A stretch of 64,000 nt of DNA from the NCBI GenBank assembly GCA_964429575.1, contig CAYSCX010000012.1, positions 2,195 through 66,194 of the forward strand, given 5' to 3'. The notes below the pieces were generated by a model, which was not told the DNA's origin, did no database searches, and saw only the letters and a program-made list of their open reading frames with translations. Shown in pieces: positions 27,586-37,393 of this stretch. The stretch's first letter is position 1. Each line of letters starts with the position of its first letter. The stretch is from an uncultured Candidatus Binatia bacterium. GTDB lineage: Bacteria > Desulfobacterota > Binatia > Binatales > Binataceae. The translations under genes and the position numbers were made by a program.

Positions 27586-29172
27586 CTACTCCGCGACCGT
27601 CTGCATGACCTTGCCGGTCAGCGAATCGACAATCTCGACTTCGACCGTGTTGCTGACCCGGTTGTCCTTTTTCACCGTTCGAATGCCCTGCTTGAGGCTT
27701 GCGAGGAACTTCGCGCGCGCAAAATCGGGCATCGCCTCCATCGGGAAGTTATTCATGAGCACGCGCGCCTTGTTGGTGGACGGCCACTCGACCGAGTCCA
27801 CCTTGGGGCCGGCGATCGGCAGACCGCGAACCATCTTTTCGAATGCGCCTTCGAAGGGAGCGGGCGCGTGCCTCGCGGCGGGCGAAGAAGTTGCCGCGAC
27901 GGTGGGCGACGCCGCGGCTGACGGTGACGGCGATGGCGTAGGAGACGCGGTCGCTGACGCAGTGGGCGTCAAGGTGGCTTTGGCGGTTGGCGAAGGAGTG
28001 GGAGTCGTGGTGTGCTTTGGCGTTGCCGTCGCGGTGGCCTTCTCAGTTGGAGCGCTAACGACTGTCTTTGCAGCAGCGGCGGGCGTGGGTGAGGCAGTGG
28101 TCTTCGATGGCGTGGTTGTCGACGCCGCGGACAGTGCAGCGGCAACCTTCGGCGCCCTGCGTGTCGGCGTCGGTGACGGCGTCGATGCAGCGGCGGCGCG
28201 CGCCGCAGTAGGAGCCGGTGACGGCGGTGCCGCGGCTTTAGCGGTGGGCGCGGCGGGCAATCGCGGCTTTGCCGACGCAATCAGCTCCGTCGCACTTTGC
28301 TCGCCGAACATGCGCGTCAGCACGTCCTTCACCTGCGCGCGTGCGTTGTCGTCCTGTGCCGCTTCGTACGCGCGCTTGAGGGCGATCTTGGCATCGGCGG
28401 CGTTGTCGCGCTGGCCGTAAGCGATCCCCATGTTGTACCAAGCCTGGAAGTGATCGCCATTGAGTGCGACCGCCTTCTTGTAGCGCGCGATCGCCTGCTC
28501 GGATTTGCCCGCGTAAAGGTACATGGTGCCGACGTCGGTGAGCACGTTGGGATCGTCGGGCTTGTGTTTGAGGTATTGCTCGTAGGTGAGGATCGCCTGG
28601 TCGTGGTTGTTGCGGTCGTAGTTGATGTCGCCGAGGCCGCGCAGCGCATCAGTATTGTTCGGGTCGAGCCTGATGACCTGCGTGAAGGCGTCTTCGGAGA
28701 GGCGGTAGTAATCGGGATCGAAGATTGCGGCGCGGAATGCAACCACGCCGAGGCGCGTCCAGGCGGCGACATCGGTTGGATTCGCTTGCGCCTCGCGATT
28801 GACCTGTTCGATCAGCTCGCGCGCCTTTGGCGGCAGATCGACCCTGGGGTGGCCGGGCGGCATCTGGGCGGACTGCGCGGCGGCAGGCGTTGGCGGCACG
28901 CTCGCAATCTGTTCGGTCGGAACGGCCGGAGACGACCACAGAATCCACGCGGCCCACGCGAGTCCGATCACGGTGATTGCGACGAACACGCCGATGAAAC
29001 CGGCTGTGATCCGTGACGCGCCGAGGAATCCGCGGACGGCGGACCCGGGGTCGCCCACGGACGCGCCACGCGATGGGGCGCCCGTGGCGGAGCCGGCGAG
29101 CGGCCGGCCGCATTCGACACAGAACTTCGCGCCCGCGACCAGCGAAGCGCCACAATGCGGACAAAATCGCAT
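27586..29172 (-). CDS. zinc-ribbon / TM / TPR-repeat protein with a long Ala-Pro-Thr-rich low-complexity linker
   Basis: Start at MRFCPHCGASLVAGAKFCVECG (internal Met), then one TM, TPR repeats (RLDPNNTDALRGLGDINY...), about 130 aa of A/P/T/S-rich sequence, and a C-terminal globular domain. Confidence 0.6.
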   Translation of the reverse strand: MRFCPHCGASLVAGAKFCVECGRPLAGSATGAPSRGASVGDPGSAVRGFLGASRITAGFIGVFVAITVIGLAWAAWILWSSPAVPTEQIASVPPTPAAAQSAQMPPGHPRVDLPPKARELIEQVNREAQANPTDVAAWTRLGVVAFRAAIFDPDYYRLSEDAFTQVIRLDPNNTDALRGLGDINYDRNNHDQAILTYEQYLKHKPDDPNVLTDVGTMYLYAGKSEQAIARYKKAVALNGDHFQAWYNMGIAYGQRDNAADAKIALKRAYEAAQDDNARAQVKDVLTRMFGEQSATELIASAKPRLPAAPTAKAAAPPSPAPTAARAAAASTPSPTPTRRAPKVAAALSAASTTTPSKTTASPTPAAAAKTVVSAPTEKATATATPKHTTTPTPSPTAKATLTPTASATASPTPSPSPSAAASPTVAATSSPAARHAPAPFEGAFEKMVRGLPIAGPKVDSVEWPSTNKARVLMNNFPMEAMPDFARAKFLASLKQGIRTVKKDNRVSNTVEVEIVDSLTGKVMQTVAE

Positions 29173-29451
29173 CACGAATGTCCTACCTGAGCGTTGTGAG
29201 AGCGGCAACACAGTGGACGATGCCAAGGAATATGGACGCGCACGCGCACGCTCTCCCATCACCTACACGCGGGAGGGTTCTCGCGGAGTGAGCGGTCTCG
29301 CCCCGACCAGCGAGATGCGAGGAAGCGCGCACGCGGTGCGCCCCTACGAAGACGTAACGGGCGGTGTGACGGCGCAGATACTGTTCACGCGTGTGAGGCG
29401 TGCTGTTGTATAGTGCCGCGCGGCCATCGAATCCGCACAAGGAGCGTCGCC

Positions 29452-30102
29452 ATGAAGTTGTACAACAGTCTCGGGCCCAATCCGCGCGCGATGCGGATGT
29501 TCCTCGCCGAGAAGGGCATCACGATTCCGACCGTCGAATTGGACATCATGGGCGCCGAGAACCGGCGCGCACCGTACACCGAGCGCAATCCGGGCGGCCA
29601 AATCCCCGCGCTGGAGCTTGATAATGGCCAGTGCATCGGCGAGACGGTCGCGATTTGGGAGTACCTCGAGGAGAAAAATCCGAAACCGCCGCTGATCGGC
29701 ACAACGCCCGAAGAGCGCGCAGAGGCGCGTCAGTGGCAGCGGCGCATCGAGCTGCAAATCACCGAGCATCTTTACAACGGTTTCCGCTACGCGGAGGGCG
29801 CGGAGCTGTTCAAGTCGCGAATGCGGATTCTGCCCGAGGCGGCGCCGGGGCTGAAGGCGATCGTGCAAGACAAGCTCAAGTGGCTCGACCAGCAGCTCGA
29901 GGGCAAGCAGTACATTTGCGGCAACCGGTTTACGATCGCCGACATCATTTTGTATTGCGCACTCGATTTTGGCGGCAGCGTCGGGCAGAAGCTCGACCCG
30001 TCGCTGAAGAACGTCAACGCGTGGTTTCAGCGCGCCGGCTCGCGGCCGAGCGCACCGGCGAGTCTCCATCCCGCGGCGGCGAAGGCGGGGATGCGCGGGT
30101 AG
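29452..30102 (+). CDS. glutathione S-transferase
   Basis: MKLYNSLGPNPRAMRMFLAEKGI...GGQIPALELDNGQCIGETVAIWEYL thioredoxin-fold N-domain. AAGGAG Shine-Dalgarno 7 nt upstream. Confidence 0.8.
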   Translation: MKLYNSLGPNPRAMRMFLAEKGITIPTVELDIMGAENRRAPYTERNPGGQIPALELDNGQCIGETVAIWEYLEEKNPKPPLIGTTPEERAEARQWQRRIELQITEHLYNGFRYAEGAELFKSRMRILPEAAPGLKAIVQDKLKWLDQQLEGKQYICGNRFTIADIILYCALDFGGSVGQKLDPSLKNVNAWFQRAGSRPSAPASLHPAAAKAGMRG

Positions 30103-30116
30103 CGCCAAGGCACGCG

Positions 30117-31124
30117 ATGCCGGCGGACATCGGACAGATCGGCGAGCAATTGACGGCGCTGGTACGCGCGAAGACCGGCGACAGTGATGCGCGCGTCGAG
30201 GACGTGACGCCGCTGCCCGGGCACGCGGGCTTCGGCTACAGCTTCACGCTGCAGCGCACGACTACCGGCGGTCCGTCGGGAAAGTTGGTGCTGCGCGTGG
30301 CTCCGGAGGGAGTCCGGATAGCGGGGCCGGCGGACGTCGTGCGGCAGGCGAAGATCATGGCGTCGCTCGCGGGCACTGACGTCGCGGTGCCGCCGATCAT
30401 CTGGTACGGCGACGAAGCGGAATTCTTCGGGCGCCCATACTTTGTCGATGGATTCGTCGAGGGGTTCAAACTCGCCGACGTGACGCTGCCCCGCGAAGAG
30501 GCCCAGCGGCTCGCGCGCATAGCGATAGCGACCCTTGCGGCGCTCCATCGCGTGGATTGGAAAGCGCGGCGCGATGCATGGGGGGAGCCGTCGCCGCTCA
30601 GCGAGGAGATGAAACGTCTCGACCATCTGCTCGACCGTCCGACGCTGGACCCGGCGACGGTCGCGCGCGCGCCCGAGCTGCGTGAAAAGTTGCGCGCGAC
30701 GATTCCTGAGACGCCGCGCATCGGATGCGTCCACGGCGATTTCCAATGGTCCAACATTTTGTTCAACGACGGGCGAGTCGTCGCGCTCATCGACTGGGAG
30801 ATAGCGCTTTGCGGTCCGACGCTCCTCGACCTCGGCTGGCTCTGCCTGTTCAACGACCGCGATAGTTGGATGGGGCGGGAGGTGGTGACGACGGCGCCGC
30901 TTACCCCCGATGAGATCGTCTTGGCATACGCCGAGTACGCCGGCTTTGCGGCCTCGATGGACGAGGTGCGATGGTTCCGTGCATTTTCGGGTTTCCGGTT
31001 CGGCGTGATTACCTGCTTCAACCTGATGTTGCATCGGCGCGGCAAGCGTCACGACCCCGAGTGGGAGCGAATCGGACTATCGGCGCCGCGGCTGTTCGAA
31101 CGGGGGCTCGAACTGCTGGGCTGA
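30117..31124 (+). CDS. phosphotransferase family protein (APH/choline-kinase-like)
   Basis: Brenner motif HGDFQWSNILF and IDWE. Starts 15 nt after the GST stop. 335 aa from the internal Met. Confidence 0.7.
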   Translation: MPADIGQIGEQLTALVRAKTGDSDARVEDVTPLPGHAGFGYSFTLQRTTTGGPSGKLVLRVAPEGVRIAGPADVVRQAKIMASLAGTDVAVPPIIWYGDEAEFFGRPYFVDGFVEGFKLADVTLPREEAQRLARIAIATLAALHRVDWKARRDAWGEPSPLSEEMKRLDHLLDRPTLDPATVARAPELREKLRATIPETPRIGCVHGDFQWSNILFNDGRVVALIDWEIALCGPTLLDLGWLCLFNDRDSWMGREVVTTAPLTPDEIVLAYAEYAGFAASMDEVRWFRAFSGFRFGVITCFNLMLHRRGKRHDPEWERIGLSAPRLFERGLELLG

Positions 31125-31213
31125 GGCGCGACACGACGGATTCTGTTTTCAGCGCGGGCAGCGCGGGTATGATGAACGCCAAGCTGGCGGCTTTGAGGGA
31201 GGAGATTTCGTAG

Positions 31214-31378
31214 ATGGCGAACAGCGGCGGTGGAAAACGCGTGCTTACCAAGGACCTTGAAGCGCGGATCGCGGAGGTCGAGCGCAAGCTCGCCGAGCTG
31301 AGCGAGCAGATTCAGAAGATCGACGAGCGCGTGCAGAAGGTCGTGAACTCGCTCACGCAGCAGCCGCTGCGCATCTAG
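31214..31378 (+). CDS. small coiled-coil protein (54 aa), hypothetical
   Basis: MANSGGGKRVLTKDLEARIAEVERKLAELSEQIQKIDERVQKVVNSLTQQPLRI. GGGAGGAG Shine-Dalgarno 8 nt upstream. Not in the ORF track (under 60 aa). Its stop overlaps the lutA stop on the opposite strand. Confidence 0.3.
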   Translation: MANSGGGKRVLTKDLEARIAEVERKLAELSEQIQKIDERVQKVVNSLTQQPLRI

Positions 31379-32097
31379 CGCGAGGCGAGGACTTCGGCGA
31401 GATGGCGGGTTTCGATCGGCGCTCCTGCGCGATGGAGCCCGCCGCCGATCTGCATCAAGCATCCACAGTCATTCGCGACCACCACGCCGGCGCCGCTCTG
31501 GCGGATGCAGGCGAGCTTGGCGTCGAGCATCGCGCTGGAAATCTCCGCAAACTTCACCGAGAACAGGCCGCCGAAGCCGCAACATTCGCGCGCATCGGGG
31601 AGTTCGACAATCTTGATGGCGTTTACAGCGGAGAGAAGCGTGCGCGGCTCGTCGGCGACATGAAGCTCGCGCAGCAGGTGGCATGAGGGGTGATACGCGA
31701 CGGTGCGCTCGAATCGCGCGCCGACGTATTTGACCTTCAGCACGTTCACGAGAAACTGCGAGAACTCGAACACCCACGGCCGGAGCGCGTTGGCCTTTGC
31801 GAGCAGCGTCGGTTCATCCGCCAGCAAATCGGGGTAGAAGACTTTGATCATGCTCGCGCACGAGCCGGACGGAACCACAAGTGGACCGCCGGGCTCGACC
31901 GCCGAGAGGAAGCGGCGCGCCAGGTCGCGCGCCTCGTCGCGAAGTCCTTCGTTAAACGCGACCTGCCCGCAGCAGAATGCGCGGCGCACGCGTCGCACAC
32001 CAAGCTTGAGCCCGCTCAACACGCTGGCAGCCGCGTCGCCGACTTGCGGATAGAACTCCTCGGCGAGGCAAGTCTGGAAGAGCCTGACTTCAGTCAT
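31375..32097 (-). CDS. lutA: (Fe-S)-binding protein, LutA/GlcF-like (two CCG cysteine-rich domains)
   Basis: MTEVRLFQTCLAEEFYPQVGDAA...FCCGQVAFNEG...ECCGFGGLF. Confidence 0.75.
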   Translation of the reverse strand: MTEVRLFQTCLAEEFYPQVGDAAASVLSGLKLGVRRVRRAFCCGQVAFNEGLRDEARDLARRFLSAVEPGGPLVVPSGSCASMIKVFYPDLLADEPTLLAKANALRPWVFEFSQFLVNVLKVKYVGARFERTVAYHPSCHLLRELHVADEPRTLLSAVNAIKIVELPDARECCGFGGLFSVKFAEISSAMLDAKLACIRQSGAGVVVANDCGCLMQIGGGLHRAGAPIETRHLAEVLASR

Positions 32098-32785
32098 TGG
32101 CAGGCCAGATCACGGCGACTACGAAGGTCTTGGGGCCGTGCACGCCAATCACGATGCGCTTTTCAATGTCGGCGGTACGGCTAGGGCCGGTGATGAGAGA
32201 GATGCGGCGAGTGGCGACAAGTTGTGGGCCAATCGCATCGAGCGCCGCCGCCAGATCCGCGACCAGGCGCGAGGCGTGCACCAGCACCAGACTTGCCGGC
32301 GGGAGCAGCGTCAGCGACGCGGGCCGCGTCTCCTCGGCGACCACAGCGAGCGTACCGGTCGAGGCGATTGCATAGTGCGCCTCCGCGATGCCGAGACCGG
32401 CGCGCGCGACAGAATCGCGAGTCGCTGCGCGCACGGCATCATCGACGGATCGTGTCCGCAGCACCGCGCAACCGGCGGCCGCGAGTGCGTCCGCGATCGG
32501 CTCGGGGTCGCAGAGCACGCCCTGTCCGATGGCGACGCTTTGTGCGCCGAGCTCACGCGCGAATGCGACGATGCGTGCGGGTGCATCGGCGGGAGCGAGC
32601 ATACCGAGAAAGCGTCCGCCCACCGCCTCGAGTTCCCGCGCGAATCGCGACACCATTTCCGCGCGCGCGGCCGACGGCGAGACCGGCACCAACTCGTGCT
32701 CCGATGCGTCGTGCCTCGGCTCGGCGGCGGCGCCCTTGACGAGCGCATCGCGGAGCGTAGCGACGAATTTGTGCAGCTCGGCCAC
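32090..32785 (-). CDS. lutC: LutC/LUD-domain lactate utilisation protein
   Basis: The C-terminal 230 aa of the 395-aa ORF matches the LUD domain (ASTGTLAV..., IVIGVHGPKTFVVAVIW). The upstream part overlaps lutB, so the start was placed at a GTG just after the lutB stop. The start is uncertain. Confidence 0.6.
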   Translation of the reverse strand: MAELHKFVATLRDALVKGAAAEPRHDASEHELVPVSPSAARAEMVSRFARELEAVGGRFLGMLAPADAPARIVAFARELGAQSVAIGQGVLCDPEPIADALAAAGCAVLRTRSVDDAVRAATRDSVARAGLGIAEAHYAIASTGTLAVVAEETRPASLTLLPPASLVLVHASRLVADLAAALDAIGPQLVATRRISLITGPSRTADIEKRIVIGVHGPKTFVVAVIWPAND

Positions 32786-32796
32786 GACGGGATGCC

Positions 32797-34215
32797 TCAG
32801 TGGCCAGGTTTGCGCGCCCGGCGCGGCTTCGGAAGCGGGAAATCGCGATATCGGGTCCATCCGCCAAACGGCGGCGGCATGCGGCGCAGAAATCCGTCGC
32901 GCGCGAACGGGCGCAGGAGGAGAGCCGCGAGCCTGCCCGCGAGTCGTATCGTGCGCGGGTGCCGCGCGAGTTTCGCGAAGCGCCGAACACCGCGACGGGC
33001 GCGCGCGGCGGCCCCCGGCCACGGCAACGCGCGTCGCTGCGTGGATCCCTTCCAGCGCAGATGCAGCAGGATGCGCGGAATGTCGATCTTGACGGGGCAG
33101 ATCTCTTTGCACGCTCCGCACAAAGTCGATGCGAACGGCAGGAATGCCGCCGATGAGCCGATTAGCGCGGGACTCACGATCGATCCGATCGGCCCGGGAT
33201 ACGGCGAGTTGTAGGCGTGGCCGCCAATCTGACGATAGACCGGGCAGACATTGAGGCACGCTCCGCAACGAATGCAACAGAGCGCCTCGCGAAGCACCGG
33301 GTCGGCGAGCATCGCGCTGCGGCCGTTGTCGAGGATGACGACGTGCATTTCGCGCGGGCCGTCGAGTTCGCCGGGTCGGCGCGGTCCGCTGATGAAGTTG
33401 GTGTAGGTGGTGAGCTTCTGGCCGGTGCCGGTGCGCGCGAGGATTTCGAGAAAGTGGCTCAGGTCGGAGAGCTTCGGAATCACCTTCTCCAGACCCATCA
33501 CCGCGATGAAGGTTTCGGGCAGCGTGTTGGACATCCGGCCGTTGCCCTCGTTTTCGATCATCACGAGGGTGCCAGTCTCGGCGATTGCGAAGTTGACGCC
33601 GGTGATCCCGAGTTCAGCGGCGAGAAAGATTTCACGGAGCCGATCGCGCGCCGCGAGCGTGAGTTTTTCGGGCTCGGCAGTGTACGGGATGCCGAGCTTG
33701 TCGTGGAACAGGCCGCCGATGTCCTCCTTGGACAGGTGGATGGCGGGAGTGATGATGTGCGAGGGGCGTTCGCCGCGGAGCTGCACGATGTACTCGCCGA
33801 GATCGGTTTCGACCGCGTCGATACCCTCGCGCGTGAGCGCTTCGTTGAGCTCGATCTCCTCGGTAGTCATCGACTTGCCCTTGACCACGCGGCGAGCACG
33901 GTTGTGCTTTGCGACCGAGATGATGTAGTCGCGGGCTTGCGCAGCGTTGGCCGCGAAGAAGACCTTCGCGCCGCGACGCTCGAGATTCTGTGTCAATTCG
34001 ACAAGCAGCTCATCGATGCGCCGGATGGCATCGTCCTTGATGCGGCGCGCGGCATCGCGTTCGTCGTCGTATGGCGGGAACTCGTCGCGCGCGTGGTTTA
34101 CCTGGTCGAGGTGGCGGCCGGTGGCGTTGTCGAGCTTGCGCCGAAGTTCCACGTCGGCGGTGGCGCGGGCACTGGTCTTGAAGAACTCGCGCGGGTTCGC
34201 TGCTGCGGCCATCAA
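32797..34215 (-). CDS. lutB: iron-sulfur lactate utilisation protein LutB
   Basis: DUF162/LUD domain plus two 4Fe-4S ferredoxin motifs (CIRCGACLNVCP, CGACKEICP), 472 aa. Confidence 0.85.
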   Translation of the reverse strand: MMAAAANPREFFKTSARATADVELRRKLDNATGRHLDQVNHARDEFPPYDDERDAARRIKDDAIRRIDELLVELTQNLERRGAKVFFAANAAQARDYIISVAKHNRARRVVKGKSMTTEEIELNEALTREGIDAVETDLGEYIVQLRGERPSHIITPAIHLSKEDIGGLFHDKLGIPYTAEPEKLTLAARDRLREIFLAAELGITGVNFAIAETGTLVMIENEGNGRMSNTLPETFIAVMGLEKVIPKLSDLSHFLEILARTGTGQKLTTYTNFISGPRRPGELDGPREMHVVILDNGRSAMLADPVLREALCCIRCGACLNVCPVYRQIGGHAYNSPYPGPIGSIVSPALIGSSAAFLPFASTLCGACKEICPVKIDIPRILLHLRWKGSTQRRALPWPGAAARARRGVRRFAKLARHPRTIRLAGRLAALLLRPFARDGFLRRMPPPFGGWTRYRDFPLPKPRRARKPGH

Positions 34216-34231
34216 GTTGTTCGGCCGCGGG

Positions 34232-35056
34232 CTAATTGATGAGTGCGACCTGGCGCACGAGGCGCATCACGGCGTCGCGCGCGGCGTCGACGTGCTGGTG
34301 TTCGGGGGCCTGCGAAAGGAAGCTCTGGTAGTCGTCGAGCGCAGCCTTGAAGCACTCGAGCCGCTCGTAGAGCGCGCCGCGCTCGAGAAGTTCATCGACG
34401 GAGCGCGGCTCAAGCATCAGGATGCGATCGAGCGCCGCGAGCGCGGGCGTCCATTCGGAAGCGCTGACGTAGATGTTCTTGAGGTTGCGCAACATGCGCG
34501 CCAGGATGTGCCGCGCGCCCACCGGCTTGAGCATCGCCGGTTGGACCTCGATGGGTTGGTTGTAGATTTGCATCAGGCGGGCGCGAATCTCGTCGAGGCC
34601 GAGGATCGATCCGCGGTGGAACGGGTCGATGATCAACTCGCCGCGCTCATCGACGCATTTCACCAAAAAGTGAGTTGGAAATGACACGCCGTAGAGATTC
34701 AGGCCGAGGCGCCGGCCTATTTCGAGGTAGATCACCGACAGAGTGATTGGAATGCCAAGGCGGCGGTCGATGACGTCGTTGAGGAACGAGTTTCGCGGAT
34801 CGCCGAACTGCTCGCGGTTGCCTTCGAATCCCTTTTGGTCGAACAGAAAGTGGGAGAGCAGCTGCACGCGCTCGACCGTGTCCGAGCCGAGCCGAATGAT
34901 GGGGTCGGCTTCGCGCGCCAGCGTGGCGAGCCGCTCGAGGTACGCATCGACGTCGAGGCCGGGGTAATGCTCCTTGGCGATCAACAGCGCGCCGCGCGCG
35001 AGGGGCACCGGCTCGCGTGATGCGAGCATCGAGAATTCACGGCGCGCGTCATTCAT
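34232..35056 (-). CDS. SirB1/transglutaminase-like family protein with TPR-like C-terminus
   Basis: 274 aa. The pattern resembles the UPF0162/SirB1 N-terminal transglutaminase-like core (FLNDVIDRRLGIPITLSVIYLEIGRRLGL). Confidence 0.5.
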   Translation of the reverse strand: MNDARREFSMLASREPVPLARGALLIAKEHYPGLDVDAYLERLATLAREADPIIRLGSDTVERVQLLSHFLFDQKGFEGNREQFGDPRNSFLNDVIDRRLGIPITLSVIYLEIGRRLGLNLYGVSFPTHFLVKCVDERGELIIDPFHRGSILGLDEIRARLMQIYNQPIEVQPAMLKPVGARHILARMLRNLKNIYVSASEWTPALAALDRILMLEPRSVDELLERGALYERLECFKAALDDYQSFLSQAPEHQHVDAARDAVMRLVRQVALIN

Positions 35057-35125
35057 CAGGACCTACCACCCGCCATCCTCTGAGACAGTCTTAATCCCGG
35101 CGGCGGGTTTGACAAGCGCCGGGGT

Positions 35126-36238
35126 CTATCGCGTGGCGAGAGCCGCGGTCGCCTCCGAGCGAACGATCCAATCGGAATCGGAGCGGCGCGCGCGATCGAG
35201 TGAGGCGCGGGCCTTCGCGCCGCCCAATTCGCCCAACGCCCACGCCGCGTGCGCGCGTACCAGCGGTTCCGGTTCCGACCCAAGCACGCGTGCGAGCACC
35301 GGGACCGCGTCGCGGTTGCCGGAGTTTCCGAGCGCGACGGCGGTGTTGCGCAGAAGGCCGCGCCGTTTCGCGCGCTTGATTGCGCTGCCAGCGAATCGGC
35401 GCGAAAAGGCGGCGGCGTCGAGCGCCAGGATGCCGGGCATGAACGGAAGCAACTCGTCACACGCGTCGGCGCAAGCCGACGTGGCATTCCACGGGCACAC
35501 TTCCTGACAAACGTCGCAACCGAAGATCCAGTTGCCAAGCTTCGGCCGCAGCTCCACGGGAATAGCGCCGCGATTTTCGATGGTGAGATAGGAGATGCAC
35601 AGGCGCGGTTCCATCTTGTAGCCGTCTTCGAGCGCGCCGGTCGGGCAAAGGTCGATGCAGCGAGTACATCCGCCGCAGTGCTCACGGTATGGCTCGCGCG
35701 GGGTTTCAAACTCGAGGTCGGTGAAAATCTCGGCGAGGAAGACGTAGGAGCCCTGGTCGTGATTGAGCAACGTCGTGTTCTTGCCGAACCAGCCGATGCG
35801 CGCCTGCGCCGCCCACTCGCGCTCGAACACCGGACCGGTGTCCACGTACGCACGCGTGACCGCGCCCGGGCGCAGCGACTCGATGGTGCGCGCGACTGCG
35901 CGGGCATTTGCGAGCACCACGTCGTGATAGTCAGGTCCGAGTGCGTACGCCGCGATTCGTCCGCGAAGCTCGGCGCGCCAGTCGATCTGCGCAACCGGCG
36001 GCGGCGAGTACGGAAAACCGAGGCTCACGACGAACGAGAGCCGCGGGTCAAGAGCGCGCGGGTCAAACCGGCGCTCGGGAGCGCGCGCGAGGTAGCCCAT
36101 GTCGGCGTGGCGGCCGTCGGCGAGCCAATCGCGATAGAAGTCCTCGCGATGACTCAGGCGGCGCAGACGCGCAAAGCCGACCAGCGCGAATCCCTGTTCG
36201 CGCGCGGCCGTGGTTATGTTCTCATTGCGGTTTGACAC
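35126..36238 (-). CDS. queG: tRNA epoxyqueuosine(34) reductase
   Basis: Two 4Fe-4S motifs (CGGCTRCIDLCPTGA, CDVCQEVCPWN), a cobalamin-binding core and a C-terminal HEAT-like region. 370 aa. Confidence 0.85.
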   Translation of the reverse strand: MSNRNENITTAAREQGFALVGFARLRRLSHREDFYRDWLADGRHADMGYLARAPERRFDPRALDPRLSFVVSLGFPYSPPPVAQIDWRAELRGRIAAYALGPDYHDVVLANARAVARTIESLRPGAVTRAYVDTGPVFEREWAAQARIGWFGKNTTLLNHDQGSYVFLAEIFTDLEFETPREPYREHCGGCTRCIDLCPTGALEDGYKMEPRLCISYLTIENRGAIPVELRPKLGNWIFGCDVCQEVCPWNATSACADACDELLPFMPGILALDAAAFSRRFAGSAIKRAKRRGLLRNTAVALGNSGNRDAVPVLARVLGSEPEPLVRAHAAWALGELGGAKARASLDRARRSDSDWIVRSEATAALATR

Positions 36239-36358
36239 GGCTCAGAAGTGAGTTTAGCACTGGGCGCTTCGGCCAAGGTGCTGCTGCCTTGACTGGACGA
36301 ATGGGCTAAGATTAGGTCTTGGCGGGTCGGCCGTCGACCGCGTTGGTTGGAGGAGAGA

Positions 36359-36751
36359 ATGTCTGAGGAACTGCATCACGAGCACACTAACGAAGGCCCC
36401 GTCGCCACCGGCGCGGAAGGGCTGGCGGGAATAGTCCTAACGCCCAAGGCGATCGAGGCGGCGCGCAAACTGCATCAGAAGGAAGGGCTGCCCGCGGAGC
36501 AGGGGCTTCGGGTGTCGGTCGTGGGCGGCGGCTGCTCGGGATTCCAGTATTCGCTCAATTTCGACGCGCTGAAGGACGGCGACTCGGTGACCGAGTTCGA
36601 CGGATTCCGCGTGTACATTGACGAGATCTCGTTGCCATACATCGCGGGCACCACTCTCGACTACATCGAGGGGCTGCACGGCGCCGGGTTCAAGTTCGAC
36701 AACCCGCGCGCGTCGCGAGTGTGCGGCTGCGGCTCGTCGTTCAGCGCGTAA
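36359..36751 (+). CDS. erpA: HesB/IscA/ErpA-family iron-sulfur cluster insertion protein
   Basis: C-terminal CGCGSSF motif and VVGGGCSGFQY. GGAGGAG Shine-Dalgarno upstream of the internal ATG. Confidence 0.8.
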   Translation: MSEELHHEHTNEGPVATGAEGLAGIVLTPKAIEAARKLHQKEGLPAEQGLRVSVVGGGCSGFQYSLNFDALKDGDSVTEFDGFRVYIDEISLPYIAGTTLDYIEGLHGAGFKFDNPRASRVCGCGSSFSA

Positions 36752-36781
36752 CATCGCGCCCAGACTTTCTCACAATACGGT

Positions 36782-37351
36782 TTGAGCTGGATCGGCGATG
36801 TCGCATCGGCGCTCGCGTTCCGGCTGTCGCCGGCACGTCGTCGGTTCATGCGACAGGTCGCGCGGCCCGCGCTCGAGCGCTATGAGTCGCGCGTAAGCGC
36901 GCTCGGGTCGGATCGAGCGAGGCGGGCGATTCGGACCTTACTTGGCGCGAACGCCGACTTCCTCTACGAGGCGCTCTCGCGCCGCGGCGTACTGGAGCGC
37001 TACGAGTCCAGCGCCACGCCCGGAGCGGTCGGCGCGTGTCTCGCGTCGATGCTGATCTATTCGCTGAGTCTTTTCGCACGCGATGATTTCTCGCGCGACG
37101 ACAGCGAACTGGCGCCGCTGCTTGCGGCAGTGCTCGAATGGCAGCCGAAGGACGTGATGCTGCGGCGCGACGCGCTGCGAAAGGCGCCGCGCTCCGAAGA
37201 GTGGATGCTCTACACCTGGCTCGTGCGCGATCTGGGCGCAAAGCGCCCCGCCTACGACGCGCGCCTTGAGCAGCGGCTCGGTTACCAGTACCTATCGTAC
37301 ATCGAACAGTACCGCTCAGTTCTGGAGCGCGACCTCCGCGAGCAGGAATAG
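36782..37351 (+). CDS. hypothetical protein
   Basis: 189-aa ORF with a TTG start. Moderate complexity, no recognised motifs. Confidence 0.35.
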   Translation: MSWIGDVASALAFRLSPARRRFMRQVARPALERYESRVSALGSDRARRAIRTLLGANADFLYEALSRRGVLERYESSATPGAVGACLASMLIYSLSLFARDDFSRDDSELAPLLAAVLEWQPKDVMLRRDALRKAPRSEEWMLYTWLVRDLGAKRPAYDARLEQRLGYQYLSYIEQYRSVLERDLREQE

Positions 37352-37393
37352 CCCCGCGCGGCACTGTCACGGCCGCGCGCAAGGGAGATCGGA

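Noticed and set aside
27880-28300. Tandem short repeats that could be mistaken for a CRISPR-like or minisatellite array
   Set aside because: They are in-frame coding repeats (Ala/Pro/Thr linker) of the 27586..29172 gene. There are no spacer-repeat regularity or cas genes.
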